Both the position numbers and the translations under genes were made by a program. From Clostridium sp. chh4-2 (lineage in GTDB: Bacteria > Bacillota > Clostridia > Lachnospirales > Lachnospiraceae): 64,000 nucleotides of DNA. Below are positions 18,704 through 29,536 of this stretch, one piece after another. The stretch spans positions 48,555 to 112,554 of the forward strand of contig NZ_PKUU01000025.1 of assembly GCF_002899675.1 (NCBI RefSeq), written 5' to 3'. Position 1 is the stretch's first letter, and each line of letters opens with the position of its first letter. Under the pieces are notes generated by a model, which searched no databases, was not told the DNA's origin, and worked only from the letters and a program-made list of their open reading frames with translations.

Positions 18704-19399
18704 ATGACAGGAAAATTATATGGTATCGGCGTAGGCCCGGGAGATCCGGAGCTTTTGACCTTAAAAGCGGTGCGCCTGATAAAAGAATGCGATAAAATAG
18801 TAGTTCCGGGAGAGGATTACAAGACCAGCGTGGCCTATAAGATCGCCTTGGAAGCGGTGCCGGAGCTGGCCGAAAAAGAGGTGTGCGGAATTCCCATGCC
18901 GATGACAAAGGATAAAGCCGTTTTAGAAGAAAATTACAGACAGGCAGCAGCTGAAATTACCGGATGGATGGACCGGGGAAATGACGTGGGCATTTTGAAT
19001 CTGGGAGATGTGACCGTTTACTCCACCTGCCTTTACATTCATAAGCTGGTAAAAGAGGCGGGCTATTCCACCGAACTGGTGAATGGGATTCCATCCTTCT
19101 GCGCCGTAGCGGCCAGGCTGGATATGGGGCTTGTAGAGCGTTCTCAGCAGCTCCACGTGCTTCCGGCATCCTATCAGATTGAAGAAGGGTTAAAGCTGCC
19201 GGGAACAAAAGTGCTCATGAAGTCAGGCAGACAGATCGGCAATGTGAAAAAACAGATAAAAGAGCTGGGCATGGAAGCCGTGATGATCGAAAACTGCGGG
19301 ATGGAGGATGAAAAGATTTATCGGACCACAGATGAAATCGATGAAAATGCGGGGTATTATTCCCTGATGATTGTGAAAGAGCAGGAAACGGTTCAGTAG
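18704..19399 (+). CDS. cbiL: Cobalt-precorrin-2 C20-methyltransferase
   Basis: LYGIGVGPGDPELLTLKA signature; 231 aa. Confidence 0.85.
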   Translation: MTGKLYGIGVGPGDPELLTLKAVRLIKECDKIVVPGEDYKTSVAYKIALEAVPELAEKEVCGIPMPMTKDKAVLEENYRQAAAEITGWMDRGNDVGILNLGDVTVYSTCLYIHKLVKEAGYSTELVNGIPSFCAVAARLDMGLVERSQQLHVLPASYQIEEGLKLPGTKVLMKSGRQIGNVKKQIKELGMEAVMIENCGMEDEKIYRTTDEIDENAGYYSLMIVKEQETVQ

Positions 19400-19478
19400 G
19401 CGGGTGCATTTACTGAACAGACTGTAAGAAATCATAAAAGAACAAACGCGCCGCATTAGCGGCAGATTGAGAGGAAAG

Positions 19479-20207
19479 ATGAAGCAGATCTATGTTGTGG
19501 GCATAGGCCCTGGCAGCTATGAACAGATGACAATAAAAGCGGCGGAAATTTTAAAATCCTGCGATCTGATTGTGGGATACACCGTATATGTGGATTTGAT
19601 TAAAGAGTATTTTCCGGATAAAGAGATGATGACAACGCCCATGAAAAAAGAAGTGGAGCGCTGCCGCCTGGCGTTTGAAGAAGCGGACAAGGGAAAAGAC
19701 GTGGCAATGATATGCAGCGGCGACGCAGGCGTGTATGGGATGGCAGGGCTGATGTATGAGATCGGAACTGAGTATCCGGACTGCCGGATTACGGTAGTGC
19801 CAGGCGTCACTGCCGCAGTTGCGGGCGGAGCAGTTCTCGGAGCGCCGCTGATCCACGATTTTGCCCTGATCAGTTTAAGCGATCTTCTGACCCCGTGGGA
19901 GAAGATCGAAAAGCGTTTGGAATGCGCTGCCATGGCGGATTTTGTGGTCTGCCTTTACAACCCTTCCAGCAAGAAACGCCATGATTATCTGCAGAAAGCC
20001 TGCGATATCATGATGCGCTATGCATCGGAAGATACGGTCTGCGGAATCGCAGCCAATATTGGACGGGAAGGGGAAAACGGAAGGACGATGTCATTAAAAG
20101 AGTTGAGGGATACGAAGGTGGATATGTTCACCACCGTATTTATCGGTAATTCACAGACAAAAGTAGTGGACGGCCACATGGTAACTCCAAGAGGGTATTT
20201 GATTTAA
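19479..20207 (+). CDS. cbiH: Cobalt-precorrin-3B C17-methyltransferase
   Basis: IYVVGIGPGSYEQMTIKA; 243 aa. Confidence 0.85.
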   Translation: MKQIYVVGIGPGSYEQMTIKAAEILKSCDLIVGYTVYVDLIKEYFPDKEMMTTPMKKEVERCRLAFEEADKGKDVAMICSGDAGVYGMAGLMYEIGTEYPDCRITVVPGVTAAVAGGAVLGAPLIHDFALISLSDLLTPWEKIEKRLECAAMADFVVCLYNPSSKKRHDYLQKACDIMMRYASEDTVCGIAANIGREGENGRTMSLKELRDTKVDMFTTVFIGNSQTKVVDGHMVTPRGYLI

Positions 20208-20306
20208 TGTTACGGTTCACAGTTTCTGCAAACTTCCAAAACCGGACCGGACGGCAGAGACCGCCGGGGCTGTGAATAACGATTTAATAGAAATGAGGAC
20301 GGCTGA

Positions 20307-21077
20307 ATGACTATTATCAAATCAATGGTAATTGCCTGCGCGATGTATTCGAAGATACCCATGCCCAAAGTGGACTGGAATGAAAAAAATATGAAATACG
20401 CGCTTTGCTTTTTCCCTCTGGTGGGTCTTCTGGAAGGCGCGGCATTTTTCGCATTTTACTGCCTGTTGGGATATATCAACGCAGGAGAGCTTTTTAAGGC
20501 ATCTGTTTTGTGCGCAGTTCCGGTTCTGATCACAGGGGGAATCCACATGGACGGTTTTCTGGACACCATGGACGCGTTAAGCTCCTACCAGACCAGGGAA
20601 CGAAAATTGGAGATATTAAAAGATTCCCATACGGGGGCATTTGCAATTATCGGCTGCGCCGTTTATATGGTGCTGTATCTGGGCGGTGTGAGCGGCTTAA
20701 AGGATGCACAAAGCTGCCTGCTGATTTCGCTGGGATTTGTGATATCCAGGTCTCTGAGCGGCCTTTCTCTGGTCCTTTTTCAGGGGGCGAGAAAGAACGG
20801 CTTGGCTTATACATTTTCAAGTTCTGCCCACAAGGCGGTTACCAGGGGAGTGCTGGCGGCTGTTTTCATAATCTTCACCTGTCTGGCTTTAAGAATGAAC
20901 ATGATTGCTGGCAGCATTATGACAGCAGGGGCGGTTTTCGTGTTTTTCTATTACCGTTTCATGTCATATAAGGAATTTGGCGGAATCACAGGAGATTTGG
21001 CGGGATTTTTCCTTCAGATCTGCGAATTGGTGATGCTCTATTCCGTAGTCATTGCGGAAGGATTGAGACAACTATGA
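20307..21077 (+). CDS. cobS: Adenosylcobinamide-GDP ribazoletransferase (cobalamin synthase)
   Basis: Membrane protein with CobS-like N-terminus (IPMPKVDWNEKNMKYALCFFPLVG). Confidence 0.8.
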   Translation: MTIIKSMVIACAMYSKIPMPKVDWNEKNMKYALCFFPLVGLLEGAAFFAFYCLLGYINAGELFKASVLCAVPVLITGGIHMDGFLDTMDALSSYQTRERKLEILKDSHTGAFAIIGCAVYMVLYLGGVSGLKDAQSCLLISLGFVISRSLSGLSLVLFQGARKNGLAYTFSSSAHKAVTRGVLAAVFIIFTCLALRMNMIAGSIMTAGAVFVFFYYRFMSYKEFGGITGDLAGFFLQICELVMLYSVVIAEGLRQL

Positions 21078-22024
21078 ATTTACATATAGCGGCGCTGGGG
21101 ATCGGATTTATCCTGGATTTGATGTTCGGCGATCCCAGATGGATGATCCATCCTGTCTGCCTGATGGGCAAAACGATATCATGGGCAGAGAAAACAGTGA
21201 GAAGAATCGCAAAAGATGAAAAAAAGAAACTGCTGGCAGGAAGCGTATTTTTGTGTGCAGGAAATGTGATTTTCTGGACGGGACTGTCCTGGCTGCTGTG
21301 CAGTCTTTTATATAAAGCCGGTCCGGGCGTGGGCCTGGCCGGAGAGAGCTTTTTGTGCTATCAGCTTTTAGCCGTAAAAGGCTTGAAAAGCGAAAGCATG
21401 AAGGTGTATCAAGCTTTGAGATACGGGACAATTGAAGAGGCCCGCCATGCGGTTTCCATGATAGTGGGCCGCGATACCCAGGACTTAGATAATGCCGGGG
21501 TGACAAAGGCCGCAGTGGAAACGGTGGCGGAGAATCTGTCGGACGGGGTGATTGCACCTCTGCTTTTCATGGCAGTCGGCGGAGCTCCGTTGGGCTATTT
21601 TTATAAAGCGGTGAACACCATGGATTCCATGGTGGGGTATAAAGACGAAAAGTACCTTTATATCGGAAGAATTCCGGCGAAGCTGGACGATGTTTTAAAT
21701 TATATTCCGGCCCGGATTTCCGCACTTTTGATGATCCTTACGGCCCCGCTTGCCGGGCTGAACGGAAAAGACGCATTTAGGATTTGGAGAAGGGACGGCA
21801 GAAATCATGCCAGCCCCAATTCGGCTCAGACAGAGGCAGCGGCAGCAGGAGCGCTGGGGGTGCAGCTGGCAGGAGATGCGTATTATTTTGGCAAGCTTTA
21901 TAAAAAGCTGACCATCGGAGATAAAAAGAGAGAAATTGAAATCGAGGATATCAAACGGATAAACAGGCTGCTCTATATAACGTCGGCGGCCGCGATGCTG
22001 ATTGTTCTGGCAGTCGGCATTTAA
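21074..22024 (+). CDS. cbiB: Adenosylcobinamide-phosphate synthase
   Basis: CobD/CbiB membrane protein; overlapping start with cobS. Confidence 0.8.
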   Translation: MNLHIAALGIGFILDLMFGDPRWMIHPVCLMGKTISWAEKTVRRIAKDEKKKLLAGSVFLCAGNVIFWTGLSWLLCSLLYKAGPGVGLAGESFLCYQLLAVKGLKSESMKVYQALRYGTIEEARHAVSMIVGRDTQDLDNAGVTKAAVETVAENLSDGVIAPLLFMAVGGAPLGYFYKAVNTMDSMVGYKDEKYLYIGRIPAKLDDVLNYIPARISALLMILTAPLAGLNGKDAFRIWRRDGRNHASPNSAQTEAAAAGALGVQLAGDAYYFGKLYKKLTIGDKKREIEIEDIKRINRLLYITSAAAMLIVLAVGI

Positions 22025-22053
22025 CATCTGTACGGCTATAAAAGGAGGATAAA

Positions 22054-22842
22054 ATGTTAAACAGCAAAGAGGCGATTCTGGTTGTCAGCTTTGGAACCAG
22101 CCATGAAGATACGAGAAAAAAGACCATCGACGCCATCGTAAATGAAGTCCGCATCGCCCATCCGGAATGCAGCATCTATGAAGCCTGGACCAGCGGGATG
22201 ATCATACGGAAAGTGGGAAAAGCAGGATATCATATGATGACTGTGAGCGAGGCGATGGAACAGATCGTAAAAGACGGCGTCACCCGCCTGACAGTCCAGC
22301 CCACTCATGTGATCAACGGCATTGAAAACGACCAGATGAAAAAGGACGTGATGGCCTTTCAGGAGCAGTTAGAAGAGATCCGCTTTGGAACGCCTCTTCT
22401 CACCTGTGAACAGGATTCCTTTTACGTGATCGACACGCTGATGGAAGAGTTTGGGCCGCTGGAAGAAAAGACCGCGCTGGTATTTATGGGCCATGGAACC
22501 ACGCATTATGCCAATACCATTTATGCCGCGCTGGATTATCAGTTTAAAGATAAAGGATATCCCAATGTATTTGTGGGAACGGTGGAAGCTTATCCATCCA
22601 TGGAAACGCTGCAGAAGCATTTAAAGGAAGGCGGCTATGAAAAGCTGATTCTGGCTCCGTTCATGATCGTGGCCGGGGACCATGCGAAAAATGACATGGC
22701 AAGCGACGATAAAGAGTCCTGGAGAAGCCAGTTAGAAGGCGCAGGCTACGAAGTGAGTTGCCTGCTGAAAGGGCTTGGAGAATATAAAGGAGTCCGCCGT
22801 CTGTTTTTAAAACATATAGACCAGGCGGAAAAGGAGGGCTGA
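22054..22842 (+). CDS. cbiK: Sirohydrochlorin cobaltochelatase
   Basis: ILVVSFGTSHEDT...FMGHGTTHYANTIYAALD...LAPFMIVAGDHAKNDMASDD matches CbiK throughout. Confidence 0.85.
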   Translation: MLNSKEAILVVSFGTSHEDTRKKTIDAIVNEVRIAHPECSIYEAWTSGMIIRKVGKAGYHMMTVSEAMEQIVKDGVTRLTVQPTHVINGIENDQMKKDVMAFQEQLEEIRFGTPLLTCEQDSFYVIDTLMEEFGPLEEKTALVFMGHGTTHYANTIYAALDYQFKDKGYPNVFVGTVEAYPSMETLQKHLKEGGYEKLILAPFMIVAGDHAKNDMASDDKESWRSQLEGAGYEVSCLLKGLGEYKGVRRLFLKHIDQAEKEG

Positions 22843-22844
22843 TC

Positions 22845-23597
22845 ATGGTTCATTTTATAGGAGCGGGTCCGGGAGATCCGGAACTTTTAACAATAAAGGG
22901 GAAACGTCTGATCGATGAGGCGGATGTGATTATCTATGCCGGTTCGCTGGTAAATCCCCAGGTATTAAAGGATGCGAAAAAAGAGGCAAAGATCTACAAC
23001 AGCGCCAGTATGAACCTGGACGAAGTGATCGAAGTGATGAAAGAGGCTGAAGAAAAGGGTCTGACGGTGGCCCGGGTGCATACGGGTGATCCGGCTGTAT
23101 ACGGAGCACACAGAGAGCAGATGGACCGTCTGGACCAGCTTGGCATTGAGTACGACGTGGTTCCGGGAGTCAGCTCATTTCTGGCTGCGGCTGCGGTGCT
23201 GAAAAAAGAATATACCCTTCCGGGGGTCAGCCAGACGGTGATTCTGACCCGGATGGAGGGGCGCACCCCCATGCCGGAAGGAGAAAAGCTGGCTGATCTG
23301 GCAAAACACCAGGCTACGATGATCATATTTTTAAGCGTGGGACAGATTCAACTGCTGTCGGAGACGCTGAAGGAATCATACAGCCAGGATACTCCCGTTG
23401 CGGTGGTTTACAAGGCCACCTGGGAAGACCAGAAGATTGTGGCCGGCACTCTGAAAGATATTGCCGGAAAGGTGAAGGAAGCCGGTATTACCAAAACGGC
23501 TCTGACCGTTGTGGGCGGCTTTTTAGGAGATGACTATGAGCTGTCCAAGCTTTACGATAAACATTTTACCCATGAATACAGGAAAGGAATCGATTGA
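22845..23597 (+). CDS. cbiF: Cobalt-precorrin-4 C11-methyltransferase
   Basis: VHFIGAGPGDPELLTIKG. Confidence 0.85.
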   Translation: MVHFIGAGPGDPELLTIKGKRLIDEADVIIYAGSLVNPQVLKDAKKEAKIYNSASMNLDEVIEVMKEAEEKGLTVARVHTGDPAVYGAHREQMDRLDQLGIEYDVVPGVSSFLAAAAVLKKEYTLPGVSQTVILTRMEGRTPMPEGEKLADLAKHQATMIIFLSVGQIQLLSETLKESYSQDTPVAVVYKATWEDQKIVAGTLKDIAGKVKEAGITKTALTVVGGFLGDDYELSKLYDKHFTHEYRKGID

Positions 23598-23600
23598 GGG

Positions 23601-25988
23601 ATGATAATACGGATCGGAACAAGGAAAAGCAAACTGGCAATGGTTCAGACTGAGATTGTAAGGCGTGAGATTGAGTCCCGGTTTCCGGAAGCGGAGATCG
23701 TGATCGTGCCCATGTCCACAAAAGGGGATAAGATTCTGGACCGCTCCCTGACCTCATTTGGAGGAAAAGGGGTATTCACAAAAGAGCTGGAAGAGGCCCT
23801 TTTAAACGGTGAGATCGATATGGCTGTCCACAGCGCCAAGGATATGCCCATGGAATTTCCAAAGGGCCTCTGCATGGGCGCGGTGTTAGACCGGGCAAAT
23901 CCGGGCGACGTGCTGGTGACCACTACAGGAATCAGGGCTGTGGATTTAAAAAAGGGAAGCGTGATCGGAACCAGCAGCCTGAGGCGGGAACTTCAGTTCA
24001 AGCGCGTGAATCCCCAGGTACGCATTAAGATGCTGAGGGGCAATGTCCAGACCCGGCTGGAAAAGCTGAGACAGGGCGAGTACGACGGCATCCTGCTGGC
24101 CGCGGCAGGCTTAGAACGGCTTGGAATGGAAAAACCGGAGGGATTTTATCTGGAATATCTGGATAAAGAGCAGTTCGTTCCGGCTCCGGGACAGGGGATT
24201 TTAGCGGTGGAGATCAGGGAAGGCGGATTACCCGATATCATGAAGGGCATCCATTCAAAAGAGGCGGCCGTGATGTTAAAGGCGGAGCGGGAGTACCTTA
24301 CCCTGTTGGGAGGCAGCTGCAACGCTCCCTGCGGAGCTTACTGCCGCCGGGAAAAAGACGGCTTAATGATGACAGCCATGTATGCAAAAGACGGGATTCA
24401 TCCGGTTTATAAGAGCATGTACCGGGACGGATATGAGGAAGAGGACGGTAAAAAACTGGCGGAATGCCTGGCCGCCCAGGTCAGTTATAAAACTGTGTCT
24501 TTGGTGGGCGCAGGACCCGGAGATAAGGGACTGCTGACCAGAAAGGGCCTGGAATGCGTGCGGAAAGCGGATGTGATTGTTTATGACAACCTGATTTCCC
24601 CATCCATCCTCAACGAAGCCTCGCTGGACGCTGAGCTCATCTATGCAGGAAAGCGTTCCTCCAACCATCACCTGACCCAGGATAAGATCAATGAAGTGCT
24701 GGTGAATCAAGCGGCATCAGGCAAATACGTGGTCCGTTTAAAGGGCGGAGACCCTTATATATTCGGAAGAGGCGGAGAAGAAGCGCTGGAACTGAAAAAG
24801 CATGGAATTCCATTTGAGATTGTTCCGGGAATTTCATCTTCCTACAGCGTGCCGGCTTATGCGGGCATTCCGGTTACACAGAGAAACATGGCATCCTCAT
24901 TCCATGTGATAACGGGACATGAGGGAAATCATAAAGACACGGAAGTGTTAAACTATGCAACGCTTGCCAAGGAAGAGGGAACATTAATCTTTCTGATGGG
25001 CCTTCACAATCTGGAACGCATTGCGAAAAAACTGATAGAAAATGGCAAAGATCCGGCCACTCCGGCCGCCGTCATCTCCTCAGGAACCACAGGGCGGCAG
25101 AAAAAAGCTGCTGCAACCCTGGAAACCGTGGTGCAGGCGGCGAAGGAACAGCAGATCGAGACACCGGCCATTACGGTCATCGGCCAGGTGGTGAACCTGG
25201 AAGAAGAGCTGGAATGGTTTTTGAAAGAGCGCTTATCCGGAACCAGAATCCTTTTGACGGGAACCAGGCATATGGTTAAACAGCTGGAAATGGAACTGGA
25301 CCCATTGGGGGCGGAGACCATATCGCTGAGCCTGGTGGAGACAAAACCCCTGGTATCAGAGGATGCGTTAAATGCTGTCCGCCGGATGGAAGAATACCAG
25401 TGGATCGTATTTACCAGCATAAACGGAGTGAACCTGTTCTTTGACATTCTGCGCAGAGAGCATATCGATTTGAGAAAACTGATGCACCTGAAATTTGCTG
25501 CGGTAGGAAAGAGCAGTGCAAAGGCGCTGGAAGATCAGGGATTCATCTGTGATTTTCAGCCGTCGGTCTATTCCGGCGCAGCCCTGGCCCGGGAATGGGT
25601 GCCAACCCTGGATACCGGCGTGAAAGTGATGTTTGTGCGGGCAAAGGATGTATCAAGCGCTCTGCCGGATGCCTTAAAGGCGGCCGGCATAGAGTACAAA
25701 GATCTTCCGCTGTATGAGACATGGACGGATGAGCGCAGAAAAGAGGAACTGAACCGCATTATAAAAGATGTGGACTACATAACAGTCGCCAGCGGCTCGG
25801 CCGCGAGAGCGCTTAAAAATATGCTGGATGAAACGAACCGGCCGGAGGCCAGAATCATTTCCATCGGCCCTTCCACCACAGAGGAAGCGAAAAAGGCCGG
25901 ACTGGAAGTTTACGATACGGCGGCGGAATACACGGCGGCCGGAATTGCTGAGGCGATTTTGGCGGACCGGTTAAAAGAGCTTCGTTAA
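23601..25988 (+). CDS. Trifunctional fusion: porphobilinogen deaminase (HemC) + uroporphyrinogen-III C-methyltransferase (CobA) + uroporphyrinogen-III synthase (HemD)
   Basis: aa 1-295 HemC (IRIGTRKSKLAMVQT...AVHSAKDMP); aa ~297-540 SUMT (SLVGAGPGDKGLLTRKG...); aa ~545-795 HemD. Single uninterrupted 795-aa ORF. Confidence 0.8.
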   Translation: MIIRIGTRKSKLAMVQTEIVRREIESRFPEAEIVIVPMSTKGDKILDRSLTSFGGKGVFTKELEEALLNGEIDMAVHSAKDMPMEFPKGLCMGAVLDRANPGDVLVTTTGIRAVDLKKGSVIGTSSLRRELQFKRVNPQVRIKMLRGNVQTRLEKLRQGEYDGILLAAAGLERLGMEKPEGFYLEYLDKEQFVPAPGQGILAVEIREGGLPDIMKGIHSKEAAVMLKAEREYLTLLGGSCNAPCGAYCRREKDGLMMTAMYAKDGIHPVYKSMYRDGYEEEDGKKLAECLAAQVSYKTVSLVGAGPGDKGLLTRKGLECVRKADVIVYDNLISPSILNEASLDAELIYAGKRSSNHHLTQDKINEVLVNQAASGKYVVRLKGGDPYIFGRGGEEALELKKHGIPFEIVPGISSSYSVPAYAGIPVTQRNMASSFHVITGHEGNHKDTEVLNYATLAKEEGTLIFLMGLHNLERIAKKLIENGKDPATPAAVISSGTTGRQKKAAATLETVVQAAKEQQIETPAITVIGQVVNLEEELEWFLKERLSGTRILLTGTRHMVKQLEMELDPLGAETISLSLVETKPLVSEDALNAVRRMEEYQWIVFTSINGVNLFFDILRREHIDLRKLMHLKFAAVGKSSAKALEDQGFICDFQPSVYSGAALAREWVPTLDTGVKVMFVRAKDVSSALPDALKAAGIEYKDLPLYETWTDERRKEELNRIIKDVDYITVASGSAARALKNMLDETNRPEARIISIGPSTTEEAKKAGLEVYDTAAEYTAAGIAEAILADRLKELR

Positions 25989-26009
25989 CTCCGAATGAGA
26001 GGATAAAAT

Positions 26010-27506
26010 ATGGCGGCAAAAGTGATTATGATACAGGGAACCATGTCCAATTCCGGAAAGAGCTTTGTCACGGCCGGACTCTGCCGTGTGTTTAAGCAGG
26101 ACGGATACCGGACGGCTCCCTTTAAATCTCAGAATATGGCATTGAATTCCTATATAACAAAAGACGGGCTGGAGATCGGCCGGGCGCAGGCCATGCAGGC
26201 CGAGGCGGCGGGAATTGAGCCCACGGTGTACATGAACCCGATCCTGTTAAAACCCACCAGCAACGTGGGAAGCCAGGTGATTGTAAACGGCGAGGTGCTG
26301 GGAAACTGGAAGGCCGTCGACTACTACAGGGATAAAACCAGGTTCATACCCGACGTAAAGCGTGCCTTTGACGCTTTGGCAGAAGAGTACGATATCATAG
26401 TGATCGAGGGCGCCGGAAGTCCGGCGGAAATCAACCTCAGGGAAAATGACATCGTGAACATGGGCCTTGCCAAAATGGTCCATGCGCCGGTGATCCTGGT
26501 GGGAGACATCGACCGGGGCGGCGTGTTCGCATCCCTTTACGGGACGGTGAAGCTGTTGGAGCCGGACGAACAGAAGATGATAAAAGGCCTGGCTGTGAAT
26601 AAATTCCGGGGCGACGTTTCCATCCTGGAACCGGGCCTTAGAATGATAGAAGAAAAAACGGGAATCCCCATGGTCGGTGTGATTCCCATGGAGAATATCG
26701 ATATTGACGACGAGGACAGCTTATCCGACCGGCTGAACCGGGTGACGGCCGGGGCAGGTGTGGACATTGCGGTGATCCGCCTTCCCCACATATCCAATTT
26801 CACGGATTTCAGCGCATTTGAGCGCCTGAAGGGAGTTTCACTCCGGTATGTGACAGCCCCCGGGCAGCTGAAAAACCCGGATCTGGTGCTGCTTCCAGGA
26901 ACCAAGAACACCATGGACGATATGAACTGGCTGCGGGAAAGCGGCCTGGAAACCCTGATTCTCCGCCTGTCGGAACAGGACGTTCCGGTGATCGGAATCT
27001 GCGGCGGATTCCAGCTTTTAGGGAAAATGCTTCACGATCCCATGAACGTGGAACACGGCGGAAGCATGCGGGGAATGGGGCTTTTGGACGCGGAAACCGT
27101 ATTCGCCCAGGAAAAGACCAGAACCCGGACCACCGGACAGTTTCTCTATCCGGTTCCCATGTTTGGCTCCTTCGGCGAAAAGGAAGTGACCGGATATGAG
27201 ATCCATATGGGACAGACCGTGAATCTGGGCGGCTGCAAAGAGGCAGTGCGCCTTTTAGACGGAAGAACCGACGGCCTTTCCAATGAAAAAGGCACCGTGT
27301 TCGGTTCCTATCTGCACGGAATTTTCGATACGGACGGACTGGCTGCCGCACTTTCGTCAGCGCTGGCTCTTAAAAAGGGAATCTGCCTGGAAGAAGAGGA
27401 TTTTGACCTGCAGGCATACAAAGAACAACAGTATGACAAGCTGGCGGATCTGATCAGATCGTCTTTTGATATGGAAGCGGTCTACCGCATGATGGAGGAA
27501 GAATAA
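26010..27506 (+). CDS. cobQ: Cobyric acid synthase
   Basis: [14 protein letters not shown]-loop-like start plus C-terminal GATase ([10 protein letters not shown]); 498 aa. Confidence 0.85.
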   Translation: MAAKVIMIQGTMSNSGKSFVTAGLCRVFKQDGYRTAPFKSQNMALNSYITKDGLEIGRAQAMQAEAAGIEPTVYMNPILLKPTSNVGSQVIVNGEVLGNWKAVDYYRDKTRFIPDVKRAFDALAEEYDIIVIEGAGSPAEINLRENDIVNMGLAKMVHAPVILVGDIDRGGVFASLYGTVKLLEPDEQKMIKGLAVNKFRGDVSILEPGLRMIEEKTGIPMVGVIPMENIDIDDEDSLSDRLNRVTAGAGVDIAVIRLPHISNFTDFSAFERLKGVSLRYVTAPGQLKNPDLVLLPGTKNTMDDMNWLRESGLETLILRLSEQDVPVIGICGGFQLLGKMLHDPMNVEHGGSMRGMGLLDAETVFAQEKTRTRTTGQFLYPVPMFGSFGEKEVTGYEIHMGQTVNLGGCKEAVRLLDGRTDGLSNEKGTVFGSYLHGIFDTDGLAAALSSALALKKGICLEEEDFDLQAYKEQQYDKLADLIRSSFDMEAVYRMMEEE

Positions 27507-27510
27507 ACGC

Positions 27511-28143
27511 ATGGCAGAAGAGATAAAATTTGTAAAACCGGATGAGATAGAAAAAAGAAGCATGGAAATCATCGCCCGGGAACTGGGGGAGAGAACCTGG
27601 CCGGAAGAGGAATTTCTGGTGGTAAAACGCTGCATCCACACATCGGCTGATTTCGATTACGCGGACAACCTGGTGTTTTCCCATCAGGCGGTTCAAAAGG
27701 GAATCGAGGCGCTGAAAGCGGGCGCGGTTATCGTCACGGATACCAATATGGCCGCAGCGGGCATCAATAAGAAATCATTGGAAAAATGCGGCGGAAGCGT
27801 CCGCTGCTTTATGGCGGATGAAGATGTGGCAAGAGAAGCAAAAGAGCGGGGCGTAACCCGGGCCACCGTATGCATGGAGCGGGGGGCCGCCCTCAATGGG
27901 CCGGCAATCTTTGCGGTGGGCAATGCGCCGACTGCGCTGATCCGTCTGCATGAGATGATGAAAGAAGGTCTGGTTAATCCGGCGCTGATCATCGGTACCC
28001 CGGTGGGATTTGTCAATGTGGTGGAATCCAAAGAACTGATTCTGAAAGATGAGGTTCCGTCCATCATTGCAAGAGGCAGAAAAGGAGGCAGCAACATCGC
28101 CGCTTCTATCTGTAATGCTCTCCTTTACCAGATAGCAAGATAA
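27511..28143 (+). CDS. cbiC: Cobalt-precorrin-8 methylmutase
   Basis: CbiC/CobH family; IHTSADFDYA motif; 210 aa. Confidence 0.85.
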   Translation: MAEEIKFVKPDEIEKRSMEIIARELGERTWPEEEFLVVKRCIHTSADFDYADNLVFSHQAVQKGIEALKAGAVIVTDTNMAAAGINKKSLEKCGGSVRCFMADEDVAREAKERGVTRATVCMERGAALNGPAIFAVGNAPTALIRLHEMMKEGLVNPALIIGTPVGFVNVVESKELILKDEVPSIIARGRKGGSNIAASICNALLYQIAR

Positions 28144-28163
28144 GGCGTTGCCGCTGCCGTAAA

Positions 28164-29423
28164 TCAATGGGACCGGTACTGCTTAGGCGTCAGTCCCGTG
28201 TGCTTTTTAAATATTTTAGAAAAATAGCTCTGGTCCTCAAAACCGGTGGCTATCGCAATATTAATCAACGAATAATCGGTGTTGGCCAGAAGGCGCTTGC
28301 TCTCCTCCACCCGCACCATATTCAGGTATTCCTTAAAAGAAGAACCGCAGGCCTGTTTGAATATGGAAGAAAAATAGGCAGGATTTAAGTGGACCTGATC
28401 CGCCACATCTTCCAAGGTCAGAGAAGACGCGAAGTTTTCGGATATGTATTTCATGGCCTTTCTGACCACATCTCCATTTTTCGTATTCAGCTGGCTGAAC
28501 ATGCATTCCATATAGATATCCAGGACTTCCTGAAGCATATAGCAGAGGGCGTCGATGCTCTTCACCGTCTGAAGGTTTTTCAGGAACTGGTTGTTGATCT
28601 TTAAGATCTGATCGGTTCCCGCACCCCCTTCGATGGCCGATCTGGAAAGAAGGGAGCAGAGCTCAGAGGCCCGGCTTTTGATGATTTCGATGCTGTTCCC
28701 CTCTGAGAAGAATACATAGCCCAACAGGTCGTTTAAGATCGCACTGGCTTCCTGCTTGTTGCCTGTTTTTACTTTGGTTAAAAGTTCCCGTTCCTTTTCA
28801 AACGGATAGGATATTTTCTTGTCCAGTTCCAGATTTTTGTACATCTGGATGGATTCGTTGATCTTGGACTGCTGATGAATCTTTCCGCGGTTGAAGATCA
28901 GCTCCTGTCTGGCGTCTGATACGAAGTTGGAAAACAGATGATACAAAAGACGGCTGACCTGAGTGACCATGGACGGTGGAATCACCGTAACCTGGCCCGC
29001 ATAATCGTAGAGATCCAGCAGGGATTCCAGGGGAATATCCGGATAATTGTTGTGCAGGTCCGTGATGAGCAGAGAGTCTGGATTTTCCATTAAAAAGGGG
29101 CCTACTAAAATGGAACCAAACAGGGCCTCCTGGTTGATTAACGGAAAAACGATGTGGTTTAAACCGGCATGACAGGAAAAAATATAAGTTTCACCCAGCT
29201 CCATGGCCCGCTTTCCTGCGGTTGCATGAAGCTTCTGGCAGGAATCATTGGGAGGAAGATAGGGGATAAAATGGCGGCAGTATGTGCTGGGGTCGCCGCA
29301 GCGTTCCAAAACATTGCCGTTTTCATCCAGCACCTGAATCGGAAGCTTTAGACAAGCATGGAAAGCTTCTAAAAGTTCCTGAAGTTTTTCTTTGGCTACG
29401 ATTGTATACAGATAAGATTCCAT
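28164..29423 (-). CDS. AraC-family transcriptional regulator with N-terminal PocR-type sensory domain
   Basis: C-terminal AraC HTH (TLEDVADQVHLNPAYFSSIFK...GFEDQSYFSKIFKKHTG); N-terminal YIFSCHAGLNHIVFPL PocR-like block; aaggggg RBS before ATG at 29423 (the track start at 29534 is an upstream extension). Confidence 0.7.
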   Translation of the reverse strand: MESYLYTIVAKEKLQELLEAFHACLKLPIQVLDENGNVLERCGDPSTYCRHFIPYLPPNDSCQKLHATAGKRAMELGETYIFSCHAGLNHIVFPLINQEALFGSILVGPFLMENPDSLLITDLHNNYPDIPLESLLDLYDYAGQVTVIPPSMVTQVSRLLYHLFSNFVSDARQELIFNRGKIHQQSKINESIQMYKNLELDKKISYPFEKERELLTKVKTGNKQEASAILNDLLGYVFFSEGNSIEIIKSRASELCSLLSRSAIEGGAGTDQILKINNQFLKNLQTVKSIDALCYMLQEVLDIYMECMFSQLNTKNGDVVRKAMKYISENFASSLTLEDVADQVHLNPAYFSSIFKQACGSSFKEYLNMVRVEESKRLLANTDYSLINIAIATGFEDQSYFSKIFKKHTGLTPKQYRSH

Positions 29424-29536
29424 AAAAATTCCCCCCTTAATTAAAGCTATTATATCATAAAACCGTATAAAATCCAAAAATAATACAATAAATCTAAAAA
29501 AATCCCAATGCCGCAGGTGATGGAAGGGAGACAAGC

